Counted from the first letter of the whole stretch, positions 47,136 to 59,316 are shown. The stretch: 62,011 bases of DNA, filler included, from a bacterium (GCA_026985515.1; 3 parts of 3 records of this genome joined end to end with filler, not necessarily neighbours in it); one strand, 5' to 3'. Notes: generated by a model from the letters alone, not told the origin. A program made the numbers and translations.

Positions 47136-48222
47136 AGTACCTGTACCTGAACATATCAAAAGCCTTGTCCCTTATCCTCCTGGAAAACCTATTGAGGAGC
47201 TAAAGAGGGAAATAGGAGTTGAAAAAATAATAAAACTTGCATCAAATGAAAATCCAGTTGGTCCCTCCCCGAAAGCACTTGAGGCAATGAGGAAGGCCAT
47301 TGAAAGAGTTAACAGATATCCTGACGGAAGTGCCTATTATCTAAAAAAGAAGTTAAGTGAGAAGCTGGGGATTGAACCTGAACAGATTATTCTTGGCAAT
47401 GGTTCAAATGAGATAATTGAACTTGTGTTTCGTACTTTCTACCAGCCCGGTGACAACATTGTTTCTGCGGAGATCACATTTGCCGTTTACCCCATAATAG
47501 CTCACGCCATGGGTGCTGAGTACAGGGCTGCTCCCATGAAAAATCTTAAATATGATCTGGATGAAATGCTCCATTTCATTGATGAGAAAACCAGGATTGT
47601 TTTTATTTCCAATCCGAATAATCCCACCGGGACATATGTCACCACCAGAGAATTTGAAAATTTCATGGAAAAGGTACCAGATTCCACACTGGTGGTTCTG
47701 GATGAGGCGTACTTTGAATTTGTGGACAGGGATGACTATCCCAATGGTTTAAATTACATTGAAAAATTTCCCAATCTTATTGTTATGAGAACCTTTTCCA
47801 AAATATACGGCCTTGCAGGGTTGCGAATAGGATATGGGATTGGAAATAGCGAAATAATTGATTACCTCAACAGAGTCAGACAGCCCTTCAATGTTAATCT
47901 TGTGGCTCAGGAGGCTGCACTTGCAGCCCTTGATGATGATGAGTTTGTAGATAAGGTAAGAAATCTCACCCATTCAGGGTTAAAGTGGCTCTATTCCAGG
48001 GTGGAGAGGCTCGGGCTTGAGTATATTCCATCTGTCACAAATTTCTTTCTGATAAAGGTCGGGAAAGGTAAGGAAGTCTTTGAAGCTCTTCTGCGAAAGG
48101 GAGTTATTGTAAGGCCAATGGATGGTTACCATCTGCCTGAGTATATACGTGTGAATGTCGGTACAGAGGAGGAAAACAGAATATTTATTGAATCCCTCGA
48201 AGAGGTTCTTTCTCAGCTATGA
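47128..48222 (+). CDS. hisC: Histidinol-phosphate/aromatic aminotransferase
   Basis: KLASNENP, NPNNPTG, DEAY, RTFSKIYGLAGLRIGY. Confidence 0.95.
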   Translation: MPKVPVPEHIKSLVPYPPGKPIEELKREIGVEKIIKLASNENPVGPSPKALEAMRKAIERVNRYPDGSAYYLKKKLSEKLGIEPEQIILGNGSNEIIELVFRTFYQPGDNIVSAEITFAVYPIIAHAMGAEYRAAPMKNLKYDLDEMLHFIDEKTRIVFISNPNNPTGTYVTTREFENFMEKVPDSTLVVLDEAYFEFVDRDDYPNGLNYIEKFPNLIVMRTFSKIYGLAGLRIGYGIGNSEIIDYLNRVRQPFNVNLVAQEAALAALDDDEFVDKVRNLTHSGLKWLYSRVERLGLEYIPSVTNFFLIKVGKGKEVFEALLRKGVIVRPMDGYHLPEYIRVNVGTEEENRIFIESLEEVLSQL

Positions 48223-49061
48223 ATGTGGGAATAATAGGTCTCGGTTTGATCGGGGGCTCTCTTGGTCTTGCCCTTAAGCAGAGAGGATGGGAAGGCGAGA
48301 TAAAAGGTTATGATGCGAAGGAAGTACATGGGAAAAAAGCCCTTGAACTGGGAATAATTGATAATCTTGCCGGATCTCTGGAAGAACTGGTTGAAGGGGC
48401 AGATATCGTTGTTGTGGCGGTCCCTGTAAGGGCAATTCCTGATCTTATAGTAAGAGTAAGTTCCATTTCCAGAGAAGTGATCATTACGGATGTTGGCAGT
48501 GTAAAAAGTTACATTCTGAAGGAAATCCAGAAGAGGGTGGGAAACCGGTACATAAAATATGTTCCCGGTCATCCCATAGCCGGCACAGAAAAATCTGGTC
48601 CCGGGGCCGCAGAGGCTGATCTATTTGAGGGTAAAAGGGTTGTACTGTGTCAGAGGGGATTCAGAGAAGTAGAGGAAATGTGGGAGACAGCAGGGGCGAT
48701 TGTGGAGTATCTTGATCCGGAAACTCATGATAAAATCTTTGCTGCAGTCAGTCACTTACCACATTTCGTTGCTTATTCTCTTGTTGAAGCCATTGTTATG
48801 ATGGAAGAGGAAAAAGATGCTTTCTTCAGATTTGTGGCTTCAGGATTCAGGGATTTCACAAGGATTGCTTCCAGTGACCCAGTGATGTGGAGGGATATTT
48901 TCCTGACCAATAAAAAGGCTATTCTCCAGAGCCTCATTTTTTTCAGAAACGCTCTGGATAAGCTGGAATCCCTCATCGTAATGGAGGATGAGGAAAAACT
49001 GGAGGAACTCCTCAGAGACATAAAAGAAGTTAGAGACAGGGTGATTAAAGGAATAAAATGA
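48219..49061 (+). CDS. tyrA: Prephenate/cyclohexadienyl dehydrogenase
   Basis: GLGLIGGS, DVGSVK, GHPIAGTE, HD...VSHLPH, FRDFTRIA. Confidence 0.93.
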   Translation: MNVGIIGLGLIGGSLGLALKQRGWEGEIKGYDAKEVHGKKALELGIIDNLAGSLEELVEGADIVVVAVPVRAIPDLIVRVSSISREVIITDVGSVKSYILKEIQKRVGNRYIKYVPGHPIAGTEKSGPGAAEADLFEGKRVVLCQRGFREVEEMWETAGAIVEYLDPETHDKIFAAVSHLPHFVAYSLVEAIVMMEEEKDAFFRFVASGFRDFTRIASSDPVMWRDIFLTNKKAILQSLIFFRNALDKLESLIVMEDEEKLEELLRDIKEVRDRVIKGIK

Positions 49062-50347
49062 CGGTGCAGAAATTTACATATCGTGGTTCTCCAAAAGGAG
49101 AAGTTTTTCTTCCAGGGGATAAATCTATTTCACACAGGGCGATCATCATTGGCGGTGTATCCGATGGTAAGCTCCGCATAAAAAACTTTTCATGGGGGAA
49201 GGATAATCTTTCTACCTGGAAAGCAATGGAAAATCTGGGAGTGAAAATATGGAGTGAGGGGGAAGAAGTGATTGTTGAGGGAAGGGGTCTTGATGGACTG
49301 AGTGAACCCTCGGATGTGCTTGACGCGGGGAATTCTGGAACCACAATCAGACTTCTCACAGGATTGCTCAGTGCCCAGGAGTTTTACTCAGTTATAACTG
49401 GAGACAGGTTTCTCAGAAAAAGACCCATGGGGCGCGTTGTTAATCCTCTCCGGAAAAGGGGTGCGTCAATATGGGGAAGAAAAGGAGGGGAACTGGCTCC
49501 TTTGAGCATCCTCGGAAGGAAACTTGGTGAGTTTACTTTTTTTATGGATGTTCCTTCTGCTCAGGTAAAATCTGCCATTTTGCTATCGGGGCTTAATGCC
49601 ACTGGACCCACAAAAGTTGTTGAGAGAGCTCCCACCAGGGACCACACTGAGAGGATGCTAAAATACTTCGGTGCTGACATAAAATTCCGTTACCCTGAAG
49701 TACTTCTTAGCCCGGGAAAGGAATTGAGACCGGTGGATTTAACTATCCCGGGTGACCTTTCATCTGCAGCCTTCTTTATCGTACTTGCTTTGATTCTGGA
49801 GGATTCTGAAATCGTAATAAGGGATGTTCTTCTCAATCCCACCAGGACAGGCATTATTGAAGTCTTGAGGAAGATGGGAGCAAATATAGAAGTAATTAAT
49901 TACTCAGAGGAGTGGGAACCAAGGGGTGATCTCATAGTCAGGAGCAGCAGGTTAAAGAATATCATCATAGAGGGAGAAGATGTGGTTAAATCCATTGATG
50001 AGATTCCCGTGATTGCAGTGGCAGGAGTCTTTGGTAAGGGAAAGCTTGTGGTCAGAGATGCAGGGGAGTTGAGGGTAAAGGAAACTGACAGAATCAGAGC
50101 AATTGTTGAAAATATGAAGAAATTCGGTGTTGAAGTTGAGGAGTTTAATGATGGTTTTTCAATTCAGGGTGGAACCCTATCTCCACCGCGTGAAGTTGAA
50201 GTTGATCCCATGGGGGATCATAGAATAGCAATGGCTTTTGCAATAATGGGTCACGCTCTCAGAGACAGTGTGGTGACAATAAAGGATTTTGAAGTTGTGG
50301 ATATTTCATTCCCATCTTTCAGGGAGAAACTTGATGGACTCTTTTAA
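49058..50347 (+). CDS. aroA: EPSP synthase (class II)
   Basis: PGDKSISHR, GNSGTT, SAQVKSA, RDHTE, RVKETDR, DHRIAM. Confidence 0.96.
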   Translation: MTVQKFTYRGSPKGEVFLPGDKSISHRAIIIGGVSDGKLRIKNFSWGKDNLSTWKAMENLGVKIWSEGEEVIVEGRGLDGLSEPSDVLDAGNSGTTIRLLTGLLSAQEFYSVITGDRFLRKRPMGRVVNPLRKRGASIWGRKGGELAPLSILGRKLGEFTFFMDVPSAQVKSAILLSGLNATGPTKVVERAPTRDHTERMLKYFGADIKFRYPEVLLSPGKELRPVDLTIPGDLSSAAFFIVLALILEDSEIVIRDVLLNPTRTGIIEVLRKMGANIEVINYSEEWEPRGDLIVRSSRLKNIIIEGEDVVKSIDEIPVIAVAGVFGKGKLVVRDAGELRVKETDRIRAIVENMKKFGVEVEEFNDGFSIQGGTLSPPREVEVDPMGDHRIAMAFAIMGHALRDSVVTIKDFEVVDISFPSFREKLDGLF

Positions 50348-51032
50348 TAAGAAGATTATCATCGCCATTGATGGCCCTGCAGGAGCCGGGAAAAGCACAG
50401 TAAGCAGATTGCTTGCCAGGAGGCTGGGAATTCCCTACATCAACACCGGTGCAATGTACAGGGCTGCCGGTTTGAAGGCGAAAAGACTTGGAATTGACTT
50501 TTCAGATACAGAGTCACTGAAAAAAATGCTTGATGAAACAGAAATAGAGTTTGTGTGGAAAGATGGTAGGGAGCGTCTGTATCTTGATGGGGAGGATGTA
50601 ACTGATGAGCTTTACACACCTGAGGCTGGAAAGGCTGCATCTGACATTTCTAAGGTTCCTGTTGTTCGGGAGAAATTGGTTGAACTCCAGAGAAGGATAG
50701 GGAGGGAGAAGGGTGGAGTTCTTGAAGGAAGGGATATCGGGACGGTGGTTTTTCCAGATGCAGATTTCAAGTTCTTCATAACCGCCAGTGTGGAAGAGAG
50801 GGCAAGACGCAGGTGGAGAGAACTTCAGGAAAAGGGCATAAAAATTGATTATGAAGATGTTCTGAAAGATGTTGAATACCGGGATAAACAGGATTCATCC
50901 AGAGAAGTTGCACCACTCAGAAAGGCAGATGATGCTATCGAAATAGATACCACTGACCTCGGGATTGAGGAAGTTCTTGAGAAGATTCTCAAATATATCT
51001 TGGAGCAAAAAGGTGAAAGTAGTAGTAGCTGA
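50334..51032 (+). CDS. cmk: Cytidylate kinase
   Basis: IAIDGPAGAGKST, TGAMYR, EGRDIGTVVFP. Confidence 0.96.
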   Translation: MDSFNKKIIIAIDGPAGAGKSTVSRLLARRLGIPYINTGAMYRAAGLKAKRLGIDFSDTESLKKMLDETEIEFVWKDGRERLYLDGEDVTDELYTPEAGKAASDISKVPVVREKLVELQRRIGREKGGVLEGRDIGTVVFPDADFKFFITASVEERARRRWRELQEKGIKIDYEDVLKDVEYRDKQDSSREVAPLRKADDAIEIDTTDLGIEEVLEKILKYILEQKGESSSS

Positions 51033-51855
51033 ATATGCTGGATTTTGCTTTGGGGTGAGGCGAATAGCTGAAATGATTGAAGAAGAACTTGCAAAGGGAG
51101 GGGAATTATTCGCCCTTGGTGAACCCATTCACAATCCCATAAAAGTGGAAGAGTGGAAAAAGAGGGGCTTGAAGCTGATAACCCGTGCCAGCGAACTTCC
51201 AGAGGGGGCAAAGGTTATAGTCAGAGCTCACGGTGTTCCGAAGGAAGAGTGGGAAGTACTGGAACAAAAGGCAGGAGAGATAATTGATGGAACATGCCCT
51301 CTTGTGAGAAAGGTTTATGACAGAGCGAGGTATCTTGTTGAAAATGGTTATTTTGTTGTAATTGCAGGTGATCCTTCCCATCCTGAGGTTAAAGGGGAAA
51401 TGAGCTATCTTCCGGAAGGAAAATATGCCGTTTTTAGCGGTAAAAATGGAGATGTGCCTGATGAGAGTTTCAAAAGAGACAGGAAAAAAGTGGGAGTTGT
51501 TGCACAAACTACACTTTCTGATAAACTATTGGCAAATGTTGTTACACCTCTCATTGGTGTTGAAGAATTGCTGATTTTTAATACAATATGTTATGAAACT
51601 CATCGCAGACAGAACAGCGCAAAAGAGCTTGCCTCAAGAGTTGATTTAATGATAGTTGTGGGCGGGAAAAATAGTTCCAATACTTCCAAGCTTTATTCGA
51701 TCTGCAGAGAAATCGTGGAATCAAATCATGTTGAATCTGCCGAAGAATTGAAAGAAGATTGGTTTGCTGGTAAGAATGTCGTAGGGGTAACAGCAGGTGC
51801 TTCAACTCCAGATGAAGTAATAGATGAAGTGGTCAGAAAAATAAAAAGTCTCTAA
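51013..51855 (+). CDS. ispH: 4-hydroxy-3-methylbut-2-enyl diphosphate reductase
   Basis: AGFCFGV, IHNP, RAHG, DGTCP, NTIC, SSNT, TAGASTP; GTG start 51013. Confidence 0.95.
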   Translation: MKVVVAEYAGFCFGVRRIAEMIEEELAKGGELFALGEPIHNPIKVEEWKKRGLKLITRASELPEGAKVIVRAHGVPKEEWEVLEQKAGEIIDGTCPLVRKVYDRARYLVENGYFVVIAGDPSHPEVKGEMSYLPEGKYAVFSGKNGDVPDESFKRDRKKVGVVAQTTLSDKLLANVVTPLIGVEELLIFNTICYETHRRQNSAKELASRVDLMIVVGGKNSSNTSKLYSICREIVESNHVESAEELKEDWFAGKNVVGVTAGASTPDEVIDEVVRKIKSL

Positions 51856-51870
51856 GAAAGGAGAAAGGCC

Positions 51871-53637
51871 ATGGAGAAGAACAGGGAAGAAGATCTCATC
51901 GAGAAAAAGGTGAATGGAGAAGGGGAGCAGGAGGAAATAGATTTTGCAAAGATGCTGGACATGATGGTTCAGCAGTTCTCTGAGGGAAATGTGGTCAGGG
52001 GGAATGTTATAAGAATTGAGAAAGATCATGTTTTTGTTGACATTGGTTACAAATCTGAGGGTGTTGTCCCTGCATCAGAGTTCAGGCTTCCAGACGGTAC
52101 AATGAGAGTAAAAGAGGGTGATGAAATAGATGTTTACATCGAACAGCTTGAGACCAGAGAGGGTCTTGTGAGACTTTCCTGGGATAAAGCTGAGAAGATA
52201 AAAAGGTGGGAAGAGATTGAAAAAACTGCCGAAACTGGTGGGACAATGAAGGGTTTAATTGTTTCCACCGTTAAGGGCGGATTTACCGTTGATCTTGGAG
52301 GAATAAAGGCCTTTCTCCCCGCTTCTCAGGCAGATATTAAGCCTGTTAAGGATTTGAGATCTCTGGTTGGACAGGAGTTTGATTTCAAAATCCTCAAGCA
52401 CAACAAGGCGAGGAGTAACATAGTTGTATCGAGAAGAGCAGTTCTGGAAGAAGAAAGGGAGCAAAAAAAGAAAGAGTTACTTCAGAAGTTAAAAGAAGGA
52501 GATGTGGTTGAAGGTGTTATTAAAAATGTGGTCGATTTTGGTATATTTGTTGATCTTGGTGGGCTCGATGGAATGGTACATGTGGGAGATGTCAGTTGGG
52601 GAAGAGTGCCTGATCTGACGAAGGAGTTTAAGATTGGAGATAAAATAAAGGTAAAAGTGATTGGTATAGATCGCGAAAAAGAAAGGGCTCAGCTCAGCAT
52701 AAAGCATCTGACAGAGGATCCGTGGCTCAACATAGAGGAAAAATTTCCCGTTGGTTCCGATGTCGAAGGTAAAGTTATAAGCGTTACTGACAACGGAGTC
52801 AGGATGGAACTTGCCTACGGAATTGAAGGTTTTGTACCTAAAAATGAGGTAAGTTGGTCAAAGGAGGTAAAGAATCCCAGTCAGGTGGTCCAGATAGGTG
52901 AGAGAATAAAGGTCAGAGTTCTTGGCTATAAGAAGCAGAGAAGGGAGCTTATCCTCAGCATAAAACAGGCAAAACCTGATCCCTGGGATACTCTTACTGA
53001 GATTTATGATGTGGGGGACAAGGTTTTAGGGAAGATTACTGGCTTTCTCGAAAATGGAAATGGTATGTTTGTTGAGGTCATAGAGGGTGTTGAGGGACTT
53101 GTCAGGGTTGGTGATGTTTCGTGGACTGAAAGAAAAATCAATCTCAAAGAGAGATACAAGAAAGGTCAGGAAATAGAGGTAAAAATTCTCCACATAGATA
53201 AGGAGAATAAGAAACTTGCTCTTGGGATAAAGCAACTCAGTGAGGATCCGGTGGCTATTTTTATAGGAAGACACAAGCTGGGTGACGTGGTTGAGGGTAC
53301 AGTAACGAAGGTTGTGAATAGTGGTGTTTTTGTTCAACTTGCCCCGGGAGTTGAAGGTTTTCTCAGGAGAGGCGAAGCTGGTCTTGAAAGTGGTGAAAAA
53401 CTTGAGGACAGGTTCAAAGAGGGTGACACTGTAAAAGCGATGATCATTTCGATGAGTGGTGAAGACAGAAAAATTGGGTTGAGTATTAAGAAACTGAGAG
53501 AGAAGGAGGAAGAGGAAGAACTTGCCAGATATCAGCAGGCAGGAGAACAGAAATTTGTTCTTGGTGATGTATTGAAAAAATCTCTTCCTTTAGATGAGGT
53601 GGAGAACGAGAAAAAGGCTGAAGATGAGAGTAAATGA
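51871..53637 (+). CDS. rpsA: 30S ribosomal protein S1
   Basis: Repeated S1 domains (VDIGYKSEG, AFLPASQ, FGIFVDLGGLDGMVH). Confidence 0.95.
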   Translation: MEKNREEDLIEKKVNGEGEQEEIDFAKMLDMMVQQFSEGNVVRGNVIRIEKDHVFVDIGYKSEGVVPASEFRLPDGTMRVKEGDEIDVYIEQLETREGLVRLSWDKAEKIKRWEEIEKTAETGGTMKGLIVSTVKGGFTVDLGGIKAFLPASQADIKPVKDLRSLVGQEFDFKILKHNKARSNIVVSRRAVLEEEREQKKKELLQKLKEGDVVEGVIKNVVDFGIFVDLGGLDGMVHVGDVSWGRVPDLTKEFKIGDKIKVKVIGIDREKERAQLSIKHLTEDPWLNIEEKFPVGSDVEGKVISVTDNGVRMELAYGIEGFVPKNEVSWSKEVKNPSQVVQIGERIKVRVLGYKKQRRELILSIKQAKPDPWDTLTEIYDVGDKVLGKITGFLENGNGMFVEVIEGVEGLVRVGDVSWTERKINLKERYKKGQEIEVKILHIDKENKKLALGIKQLSEDPVAIFIGRHKLGDVVEGTVTKVVNSGVFVQLAPGVEGFLRRGEAGLESGEKLEDRFKEGDTVKAMIISMSGEDRKIGLSIKKLREKEEEEELARYQQAGEQKFVLGDVLKKSLPLDEVENEKKAEDESK

Positions 53638-54434
53638 GTATATGGTGGTTTGCTTTTATTCTCTCTTCTCTGGCAGTTGTGGTATCAGGTTTTTACCTGA
53701 CGAAAAATGTTGATCTTTTAGCAGAGGCAAAGGGACTGTCAAAAGGGTTTCTGGGTTTTATTCTTCTTGCCTCCATAACTTCCCTTCCTGAGATGATAAC
53801 CACTGCCTATTCTTCTGCCGGTCTCGGTGTACATGATCAGGCCATTGGAAATGTATTTGGAAGCAACCTCTTCAATGTGCTTATTTTCACCATCATAGGT
53901 CTGCTTTTTACACTGGAAAGGATTCATGGTAGCGGGGAAACTTTTGTACTTTCAAAGGGAAACATTATCGCTGGAATTTTTTCGATAATGTTAACAGCAT
54001 TTTTTCTTGAGTGGATTCCCTTTGAAACATCACTGGGGCAAAGCCTTTCCATCTTTAACATAGATTTGATTTCCTATTTTTTTCTTATTGCCTATCTTGT
54101 TGCCGCGTATATTATCTGGACTGGATCAAAAGAGTATGAAAAAGGTTCTGATTCCAGGAAAAGTGTAGTTGGAAGTTTCAGTGAAGCGAAAGTTTATCTG
54201 ATCATTGCAGTTCTTTCGATCATTATTATTGTGGCAAGTATTTTTCTATCAAAAAGTGTCAAGGTCATTGCTTTAACAAATCATTTGAATTTTTCCTTTG
54301 CAGGGGCAGTTTTGCTTGCAGTTGTTACCTCATTACCGGAACTTGTTGTATCAATTTCATCTATTCACTTTTTATCTCCTGAGATGGCTCATGGGAATAT
54401 ACTTGGTAGCAATCTCTTTAATCTGGTTAATCTA
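53634..54434 (+). CDS. Na+/Ca2+ (cation:proton) antiporter family, 3' truncated
   Basis: Two alpha repeats, TSLPE...GNVFGSN and TSLPE...GNILGSN. Confidence 0.88.
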
Positions 54435-54534
54435 NNNNNNNNNNNNNNNNNNNNNNNNNNNNNNNNNNNNNNNNNNNNTTAATTAATTAANNNNNNNNNN
54501 NNNNNNNNNNNNNNNNNNNNNNNNNNNNNNNNNN
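54435..54534. other. Artificial contig linker (N44-TTAATTAATTAA-N44)
   Basis: Same linker as at 27209. Confidence 0.97.
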
Positions 54535-55997
54535 ATTTTTGCATAGTTATCTGTAACCCTCACCACATCTACAGTTAAATTTGAAGGGGTACCGTTCCAC
54601 CAGTCAGAATCGGGATCACTATCCACACCGAAATAATCACCGGATTGATACAGATCATTCCAGTCAGGAATGGAGCAACCACCCCCTGCTTTAGTTCTTT
54701 CAAGCTGATACAATCCATCTGCCTGTATAAGAGAGAGAGCATAATGCTCTTTGCTGCAATCGTTTCCATTCTCAGGAACACATTCCTGTGTGTTGTAAGG
54801 ATAAATGGGATTTAAAAAACCATTCCCCTTACTCTCATCCACATGCCAGATATAGACGGCACCCTTCCAGTGGGGAGAGAGATTTGAGAACATCTGATGA
54901 TCAAAACCATAATCCTTCCGAAAAGCAATGAGGAAATATTCACTTCCACCAGAAGGGTTGTACCTGTAAACGACATTTGACAATTGTATCGGATAGACGA
55001 GCCTCCCACAGGTGTTTATTGTTATGTCAACGGGATACACCCACCCCAGTTTCATCTTCAACCAGGCATCAAGGGGATAGGGGTTTGAACCCGGTGGAGT
55101 TCCGGTATGCACTCCATAAGCCATCAGAGAGTATGGACCATCTCCACAGGATGAATAATCTGTGTCATACAGGTCGGGCAATCCCAGTGCATGGCCAAAT
55201 TCATGGGCAAAGACTCCCATTCTCACGGGCATCGTGTCATTCTCAGAGAACATTTCAGGTCCCATGACATAAACAATATTGCCCGAAAAACCTGTTCCTG
55301 CAGTGGTGGAAAGCGTATATATATTCCTGTGAGACCATATATTCATGGGATCAGTCCTGTCACTCTCCCCTCCCTCTCCAGCATGGATTATTACTATGGA
55401 TTCGGGCATACCATCACCATCATTATCGTACTGCATCAGATCAAGGGAGGGATCGTTATTCATTGCCATATTCAGAGCATCATCCACAACTTCCAGAGCT
55501 CCTGCAGGTTCCCAGTAATCACCTCTTACCCTGAAACCATAAGCATTTGAATCGGGATCACAAGCAGTGGCATTGCAGGCATAGTACTGCCTGGTGTGGG
55601 GAAGAGTATACCAGCCATAAACATCCACCTCACCAATTCCAAATCTCCCCCCCGAATTCTCAAGATAAAAATCATTCATGGATCTGAAAGGATAGTGTGG
55701 TCCGCCGGCAAACATGTCGTGAAAATAATCTGGCGAAGAGGGAATTTCAATGTCATCTCTGTGGGAATAATCAGAATATTCCACAAGAATTATCAGTATT
55801 TTCCATCTGCCCTCAACCATCTTTGAGAATGGAGAAAATGAAAAATATGTGGTTGTCCTGAAGGGGAGGGAAGGATACAGCCTGCCTCTGAAAGAGAAGC
55901 CTCCTCCATCATAGGGAGGGGCTGCAAAATCACCTCTGACCGGTGAGTGTGAAAGGATCAGAATAGCGAAAACTACGAAGAGTGTTTTCAACTTCAT
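54535..55997 (-). CDS. Secreted M6-family (immune inhibitor A-like) zinc metalloprotease, 3' truncated
   Basis: Signal peptide; YDNDGDG, IIHAGEG, IWSH, AHEFGHALGLPDLYD, SLMAYG, KLGW. Confidence 0.9.
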
Positions 55998-56008
55998 ACA
56001 GAATGGTT

Positions 56009-56024
56009 CGCAATCCCCGTGCCA
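56009..56024 (-). promoter_or_regulatory. Sigma54 (-24/-12) promoter of the M6 protease
   Basis: Minus strand TGGCAC-GGGGA-TTGCG fills the 27-bp intergenic gap. Confidence 0.7.
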
Positions 56025-57635
56025 TTATTTGCTTTTTTTTCTGCCCTTTTTTTTCTTCACGCTATCCTTAAAGAGCTTGTAATTTATACTGTCCACCAGG
56101 GCATTGTAACTGGCTTCAATAATGTTCTCCGACACACCAACCGTACCCCAGGTTTCCTCACCATCTCCCGATTCAATCAGCACCCTCACTGAAGCTGCCG
56201 TTCCCTTCTCAGCAGTCAGAACCCTGACTTTATAATCCTTCAGTTTTACATCTTTCAATGATGGGTAAAAGGAAATGAGAGCCTTTCTCAGTGCATTGTC
56301 AAGGGCATTAACTGGACCATTACCGAGTGAGGCAGTATGCTCCTTCTCCCCCTCAACCTCTATCATAACTGTTGCTTCAGATATGATGGGTTCCGACTCT
56401 GACCTTTTCTCATCAATTACTCTGAATCCCCTTAATCTGAAGAACCTTGGAACTTCACCAAGGTACCTCCTCATGAGGAGTTCAAAACTCGCCTCTGCCC
56501 CTTCAAACTGGTAACCCTGATGTTCCATTTCCTTTAACATCTGCACCAGATGTCTGGTTTTCTCGTCACCCTTGCTGAGATCAACTCCAAACTCCTCCGC
56601 CTTGTAGAGAATGTTGCTTTTACCAGATAGATCAGAAATAAGAACTCTTCTGTGATTACCCACCAGTTCAGGATCAATATGTTCATAAGTTCTTGGATCC
56701 TTCATTACTGCACTGACATGCACCCCACCTTTGTGAGCAAAGGCAGATTGCCCCACATAGGGCTGATGTTTGTTGTGGGGGAGATTGGCAATTTCGTTCA
56801 CAAACCTTGAAACTTCTCTCAATTTCTTTAAATTCTCCCAGGGAATAGCTTCAAGTCCCATTTTTATCATCAGGGCAGGTATGATGGAGATCAAATTGGC
56901 ATTTCCACATCTTTCGCCATAACCATTAATTGTTCCCTGTACATGTCTGCCACCGGCATAGATCAGCATGAGAGAATTGGCCACAGCAGTTTCAGAATCA
57001 TTGTGCATATGAGCCCCAAAAGGGGCTTTGAGGTGCTTTTTCACCTCGTTAACTATGTCGTAAACTTCAAAGGGAAGTGTTCCTCCATTTGTATCGGCAA
57101 GGACTATGCAATCTGCACCGGCTTCCTCAGCTGCTTTTATCGTTTTTAAAGCATATTCAGGGTTATTCTTGTAACCATCGAAGAAATGTTCAGCGTCGTA
57201 AAAAACTTTATCAAAGTATTTTTTCAGATAGCTTATTGAGTCATAAATCAATTCCAGATTCTGTTCAAGGGGAATCTTCAGAGCCTTTTCCACATGGAGA
57301 TCCCAGCTTTTTCCAAAAATTGTCACAACAGGGGTTTCTGACTGAACCAGCATCTGAATATTCTCATCAGTCTCGCACGTCCTGTCAGCTCTTCTGGTTG
57401 AGCCGAAAGAAGCAATCTTTGCGTGTGAAAACTTTTCCTTCTTAACCTGCGTAAAGAACTCCATATCCTTCGGATTTGAACCAGGCCATCCCCCTTCAAT
57501 GTAATCAATTCCAAGCTCGTCAAGTTTATGGGCAATTCTTATTTTATCTGAAACTGTGAAAGAAATATCTTCACCCTGAGTTCCGTCCCTGAGCGTGGTG
57601 TCATAGAGATAGATTTTTCTCTTTTTTCCTTCCAT
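56025..57635 (-). CDS. cimA: Citramalate synthase
   Basis: [54 protein letters not shown]. Confidence 0.92.
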   Translation of the reverse strand: MEGKKRKIYLYDTTLRDGTQGEDISFTVSDKIRIAHKLDELGIDYIEGGWPGSNPKDMEFFTQVKKEKFSHAKIASFGSTRRADRTCETDENIQMLVQSETPVVTIFGKSWDLHVEKALKIPLEQNLELIYDSISYLKKYFDKVFYDAEHFFDGYKNNPEYALKTIKAAEEAGADCIVLADTNGGTLPFEVYDIVNEVKKHLKAPFGAHMHNDSETAVANSLMLIYAGGRHVQGTINGYGERCGNANLISIIPALMIKMGLEAIPWENLKKLREVSRFVNEIANLPHNKHQPYVGQSAFAHKGGVHVSAVMKDPRTYEHIDPELVGNHRRVLISDLSGKSNILYKAEEFGVDLSKGDEKTRHLVQMLKEMEHQGYQFEGAEASFELLMRRYLGEVPRFFRLRGFRVIDEKRSESEPIISEATVMIEVEGEKEHTASLGNGPVNALDNALRKALISFYPSLKDVKLKDYKVRVLTAEKGTAASVRVLIESGDGEETWGTVGVSENIIEASYNALVDSINYKLFKDSVKKKKGRKKSK

Positions 57636-57643
57636 CTTTTAAG

Positions 57644-58873
57644 TTACTCTCCCTCCTCTGGTTCTTTATCCAGATTGAAGGCATCGTGTAGAACCCTTAC
57701 AGCCAGCTCAGTATATTTTTCATCAATGACACAGGAAATTTTAATCTCGGAAGTTGAAATCATCATTATGTTTATGTTATTATCCGCCAGTGTCTTGAAC
57801 ATGATTGCTGCAACTCCAGGATGGGATCTCATTCCAACCCCAACTATTGAGACTTTTGCTATTGTGTCGTCCCACTCAACACCCTCTGCTCCTATTTCTT
57901 CCGCAACTTTTTTAACTATTTCTACCGCCTTTTTCATTTCATTTCTCGCCACTGTAAAACTGAGATCTGTGTAACCATCTTTGCTTATATTCTGAATAAT
58001 CATATCAACATTAATGTTGGCCTCTTTAAGTGGTTCAAAAATCTTTGCTGCAATACCCGGCCTGTCAGGTACTCTTCTTATTGATATCTTTGCTTCATTC
58101 TTATTGTATGTTACACCAGATACAAGAACCTTCTCCATCTCTTTATCCTCCTTGGTAATTATGGTACCGGGATTAAAATTCAAGCTTGATCTTACCACCA
58201 GGGGTACATTGTACTTCATTGCGAATTCCACCGATCTGATCTGAAGGACCTTGGCACCGAGACTTGCCATTTCAAGCATCTCTTCATACGAAATTTTGTC
58301 CAGCTTCCTCGCCTTTGGAACTATCCGTGGATCAGCAGTATACACCCCATCAACATCGGTGTAAATTTCACACAGATCAGCTTTCAAAGCTGCAGCAAGA
58401 GCAACTGCTGTGGTATCAGATCCTCCCCTTCCCAGAGTAGTTATGTTGCCCTCCTCATCAATTCCCTGAAAACCTGCAACAATGACAATCTTGCCCTCTT
58501 TCAGGTACTTTTTTATTTTCTCGGTATCAACATCCAGAATTCTCGCCTTCATATGGGCAGAATCTGTTTTCATCCCTACCTGCCATCCGGTAAGAGAAAT
58601 AGCATCATACCCCATTTCCTTGAGGGCAATTGCCACAAGTCCAATACTGACCTGTTCCCCGGTGGAGACGACCTGATCATACTCTCTTGGGTCAGGATCA
58701 TCTGAAAGCCCGTAGACGAGGTCAACCAGTCTGTTGGTTTCACCCGCCATTGCAGAGACAGTGACAACCAGATCATGTCCCTCATCCTTAAATTTAGCTA
58801 TTCTCCTCGCCACATTTTTTATTCTCTCAAGACTTCCAACGGATGTACCTCCATACTTCTGAACAATGAGCAT
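57644..58873 (-). CDS. lysC: Aspartate kinase
   Basis: [24 protein letters not shown], and two ACT domains. Confidence 0.96.
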   Translation of the reverse strand: MLIVQKYGGTSVGSLERIKNVARRIAKFKDEGHDLVVTVSAMAGETNRLVDLVYGLSDDPDPREYDQVVSTGEQVSIGLVAIALKEMGYDAISLTGWQVGMKTDSAHMKARILDVDTEKIKKYLKEGKIVIVAGFQGIDEEGNITTLGRGGSDTTAVALAAALKADLCEIYTDVDGVYTADPRIVPKARKLDKISYEEMLEMASLGAKVLQIRSVEFAMKYNVPLVVRSSLNFNPGTIITKEDKEMEKVLVSGVTYNKNEAKISIRRVPDRPGIAAKIFEPLKEANINVDMIIQNISKDGYTDLSFTVARNEMKKAVEIVKKVAEEIGAEGVEWDDTIAKVSIVGVGMRSHPGVAAIMFKTLADNNINIMMISTSEIKISCVIDEKYTELAVRVLHDAFNLDKEPEEGE

Positions 58874-59316
58874 CAGAATTCCTCCATCTCCTCAGTTATT
58901 TCAATCATTCTTCTATTTTCGTCCAGGATTTCTATTTTAACACTATAGATTTTTTTATCAAAAAAATTTTTCAACTGTTGCGCATACTTCTCCCCCCATT
59001 CAATCACAACGACACCCCCTTCCAGATCAAGGGGATCAATTCCGATAGTTTCAAAGTCGTATATATCCTTTAACCGATAAAAATCAAAGTGATAAAGGGG
59101 AATTTCTCCTGTGTAACTCTGTCTGAAAGAAAAGGTGGGACTTCTGATTTTCCACCATTCCCTTATGCCAAGTCCTCTGGCAATTCCCTTAACGAATCTC
59201 GTTTTACCCGCACCAAGATCCCCTGTTAAAAGGACTACATTTCCCCTGCTCAGCTTCTTTCCAAGTTGTTCACCTGCTGCAAAAGTTTCTTCTTCGCTAT
59301 TTGAGATAATTCTCAT
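58873..59316 (-). CDS. tsaE: tRNA t6A biosynthesis ATPase
   Basis: [22 protein letters not shown]. Confidence 0.95.
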   Translation of the reverse strand: MRIISNSEEETFAAGEQLGKKLSRGNVVLLTGDLGAGKTRFVKGIARGLGIREWWKIRSPTFSFRQSYTGEIPLYHFDFYRLKDIYDFETIGIDPLDLEGGVVVIEWGEKYAQQLKNFFDKKIYSVKIEILDENRRMIEITEEMEEF

